Assembly (NCBI GenBank): GCA_001303125.1
Contig: LJNE01000006.1
Location: 9,169-73,168 of the forward strand
DNA: 64,000 bases
From: Parcubacteria bacterium DG_74_1
GTDB taxonomy: Bacteria > Patescibacteriota > Minisyncoccia > Minisyncoccales > DG-74-1
Direction of reading: 5' to 3'
Shown here: positions 62,663 through 64,000 of the stretch, one piece after another
How the letters are laid out: each line of letters begins with the position of its first letter
Numbering within the stretch: the stretch's first letter is position 1
Notes under the pieces: generated by a model
Database searches by the model: none
What the model saw: only the letters and a program-made list of their open reading frames with translations
What the model was told of the DNA's origin: nothing
Translations under genes and position numbers: made by a program

Positions 62663-63268
62663 CTAGTCCCACGTTATTACATATTCGTTATAAAGATCCC
62701 CCTTAAAAACACATTTTGTTTCTTTAATTGAAATTTTCTCAGCTTTAACAACATACTCAGTAATTCCTTGATAATAACCAGCGTGATAAACGCATATTAT
62801 GGGGTGAAATTTGAAATCTTTCTCACGTAAAACTATATATTTCTTTTCTTCATCAAATTGAACAACCTCAAGCTTCCCGCAGTCTAAATGTTTTCTCCAA
62901 TAATTAGGGACCTCTGCCAGAAATTTTTCTAAAGAAACGAAATATCTCATCAGTATTTTGGCAATGAAATTGTATTTCGGGGCTGACCTTCCCATCTCGA
63001 AAATGTCTTTTTCAGTCCAATTGAACAAGGTCTTAGCCGTTAGAATAATTAAGGTACTAAGAGATTCAGGATACCATTCTCCTGCCTTAAATTTTTCAAA
63101 ATTTACCGGATACCCCAACTCGGTTATTTTTTTCTCAACGGCGCCTACCCCCCCTTTTCCCTCTCTATTTTGAATGAAAATAGCATGGGACTGCAATATT
63201 GCTCCCCTAACGTTCCCTCTAACTCTCATTAATTTTTGAATTTCTTCTTTGGTTATTTCTTCTGCCAT
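62663..63268 (-). CDS. H-NOX/V4R/DUF2378-like putative ligand-binding protein, paralog 3
   Basis: 201 aa with WYP, WRKH, HPIIC, GY and ETKCVFKGDLYNEYVITW. Confidence 0.55.
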   Translation of the reverse strand: MAEEITKEEIQKLMRVRGNVRGAILQSHAIFIQNREGKGGVGAVEKKITELGYPVNFEKFKAGEWYPESLSTLIILTAKTLFNWTEKDIFEMGRSAPKYNFIAKILMRYFVSLEKFLAEVPNYWRKHLDCGKLEVVQFDEEKKYIVLREKDFKFHPIICVYHAGYYQGITEYVVKAEKISIKETKCVFKGDLYNEYVITWD

Positions 63269-63272
63269 ATTT

Positions 63273-63881
63273 TTATTCCCACTTTAATAAATACTCATGG
63301 TATTTATCTCCCTTAAAGGGGCATTTTGTTTCTCGGCACGTTATTTTATGGGACTTTATCAACATTTGCAAAATCCCTGAAAAATACCCGCAAAGATAAA
63401 CAGAGCAGTATAAAGGGTGGAGGTCAAAATCTTTCAACCTCAAAAGGCCATACCTCTTCTCTTCGTTTAAGTCAACTGGGATTAATGTCCCCTTAGTCCA
63501 ATGTTTTTGCCAAATTCTAGGGGCTTCTTTGAAAAAGACCCTTTCTACGGAAAGGAAGTACCTTACAAATAACTTAATAATTAATGACTTTTTAGTGGCC
63601 ACAAGCCCCATCTCTTTAATTTTTTCATCGTCAAAATTAAAAGTTTCCTTGATGGTCATTAAAGAAAGAATTCTTAATCCTACTGGGTAAAAATCCATAC
63701 TTTTAATCTCTTGATAATTTAAAGGATGGCCCAGTCTTCCTAGTTCTTCTTCTACTTTCTTCAGCCCTTCTTTTCCTTTTTCTGCCAAGACATATTCAGC
63801 GTCGGTCTTTAAAACTACCCCCCTCACCTGGCCCTCAATTTCCATCAGTTTTTTAACTTCTTCTTTTTTCATTTCTTCCAT
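63273..63881 (-). CDS. H-NOX/V4R/DUF2378-like putative ligand-binding protein, paralog 4 (operon-first)
   Basis: 202 aa with FYP, WQKH, HPLYC, GY and ETKCPFKGDKYHEYLLKW. It is most similar to paralog 1; by eye, more than half of positions are identical. Confidence 0.55.
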   Translation of the reverse strand: MEEMKKEEVKKLMEIEGQVRGVVLKTDAEYVLAEKGKEGLKKVEEELGRLGHPLNYQEIKSMDFYPVGLRILSLMTIKETFNFDDEKIKEMGLVATKKSLIIKLFVRYFLSVERVFFKEAPRIWQKHWTKGTLIPVDLNEEKRYGLLRLKDFDLHPLYCSVYLCGYFSGILQMLIKSHKITCRETKCPFKGDKYHEYLLKWE

Positions 63882-63930
63882 ATTTTTTTCGTTGACGAAA
63901 GGTCCAGTTGGCTTTCTCGACCTTTCTTTT

Positions 63931-64000
63931 TTATGTTACTTGTATCTTATAAGATACTAGTTTAGCAATTTTTTCTACCCCTTCTTCTTTGGTCACGTTA
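63931..64000 (-). CDS. C-terminal end of an unidentified gene running in from beyond the window
   Basis: The minus-strand frame reads ..NVTKEEGVEKIAKLVSYKIQVT followed by a stop (TAA, complement of 63931-63933). It lacks the paralog C-terminal motif. Confidence 0.3.
   Translation of the reverse strand, partial: NVTKEEGVEKIAKLVSYKIQVT

Noticed and set aside
61386-63881. I considered treating the four paralog genes as a DNA-level tandem repeat or a recent duplication/assembly artefact.
   Set aside because: The nucleotide sequences are well diverged. Only protein-level motifs are shared, the lengths differ (201-205 aa) and the spacers differ (4, 3 and 50 nt). This is an old, maintained gene family, not a repeat or a mis-assembly.
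63942-63957. A perfect 16-bp palindrome, GTATCTTATAAGATAC, about 60-75 nt upstream of the first sensor paralog. I considered it as an operator for the four-paralog operon, together with the AAAGGTC/GACCTTT inverted repeat at 63898-63925.
   Set aside because: A perfect 16-bp palindrome is expected about once by chance in 64 kb, and more often in AT-rich DNA. It lies inside the 3' end of the upstream coding frame, and no DNA-binding regulator is encoded nearby. It is worth a look only if it is conserved in relatives.
1-64000. I searched for mobile elements, CRISPR arrays, rRNA genes, and T-box or other leaders upstream of the five aminoacyl-tRNA synthetase genes.
   Set aside because: No transposase, integrase or recombinase-like ORF was found, and no terminal inverted repeats, periodic repeat-spacer pattern or rRNA-like sequence. 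The synthetase genes are preceded by 3-173 nt, or by overlapping upstream genes, which is too short for T-box leaders.

Overview
AT-rich, very gene-dense bacterial window: about 70 protein genes, 1 tRNA and 1 tmRNA, with short or overlapping gene junctions and a strong minus-strand bias. No transposase, integrase, prophage or CRISPR array is visible. Gene content points to a reduced-genome CPR/Patescibacteria-like organism, but that attribution is inference only. It includes five aminoacyl-tRNA synthetases (LeuRS, MetRS, GlyRS, IleRS, ArgRS), smpB plus ssrA, infC-rpmI-rplT, rpsT, and DNA repair genes (uvrB, mutM, recO, ogt, PolX, EndoQ). It also carries many archaeal-flavoured genes: RtcB with archease, RtcA, Elp3, a Trm9-like methyltransferase, TreT, EndoQ, DUF763, NIF3, a split GMP synthase B subunit and an HPS-like protein. 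The items I consider most worth follow-up are these. (1) An operon of four tandem diverged paralogs (about 200 aa, H-NOX/V4R/DUF2378-like by motif) is translationally coupled to a soluble PAS histidine kinase and followed by two output-less receiver proteins. (2) A complete histidine-phosphatase (RHG...GH) domain is inserted inside IleRS. (3) A conspicuously GC-rich four-gene cassette (PurC-like, atypical PurE-like, OMP-decarboxylase-fold protein with substituted catalytic residues, PurB) sits between AT-rich housekeeping genes. (4) Elp3 and a Trm9-like methyltransferase lie head-to-head sharing CATATG. (5) A split BcrAD/HgdC-type activase plus two DUF2229 subunits sit in an operon with EndoQ, MgtC and MgtE. 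(6) The tmRNA 5' end lies inside the smpB coding sequence. (7) A greA leader has a consensus promoter, a Cys-rich 37-codon ORF and an intrinsic terminator that contains the only plausible greA Shine-Dalgarno. All family assignments come from reading the translated ORFs and recalling motifs; no database search was run.
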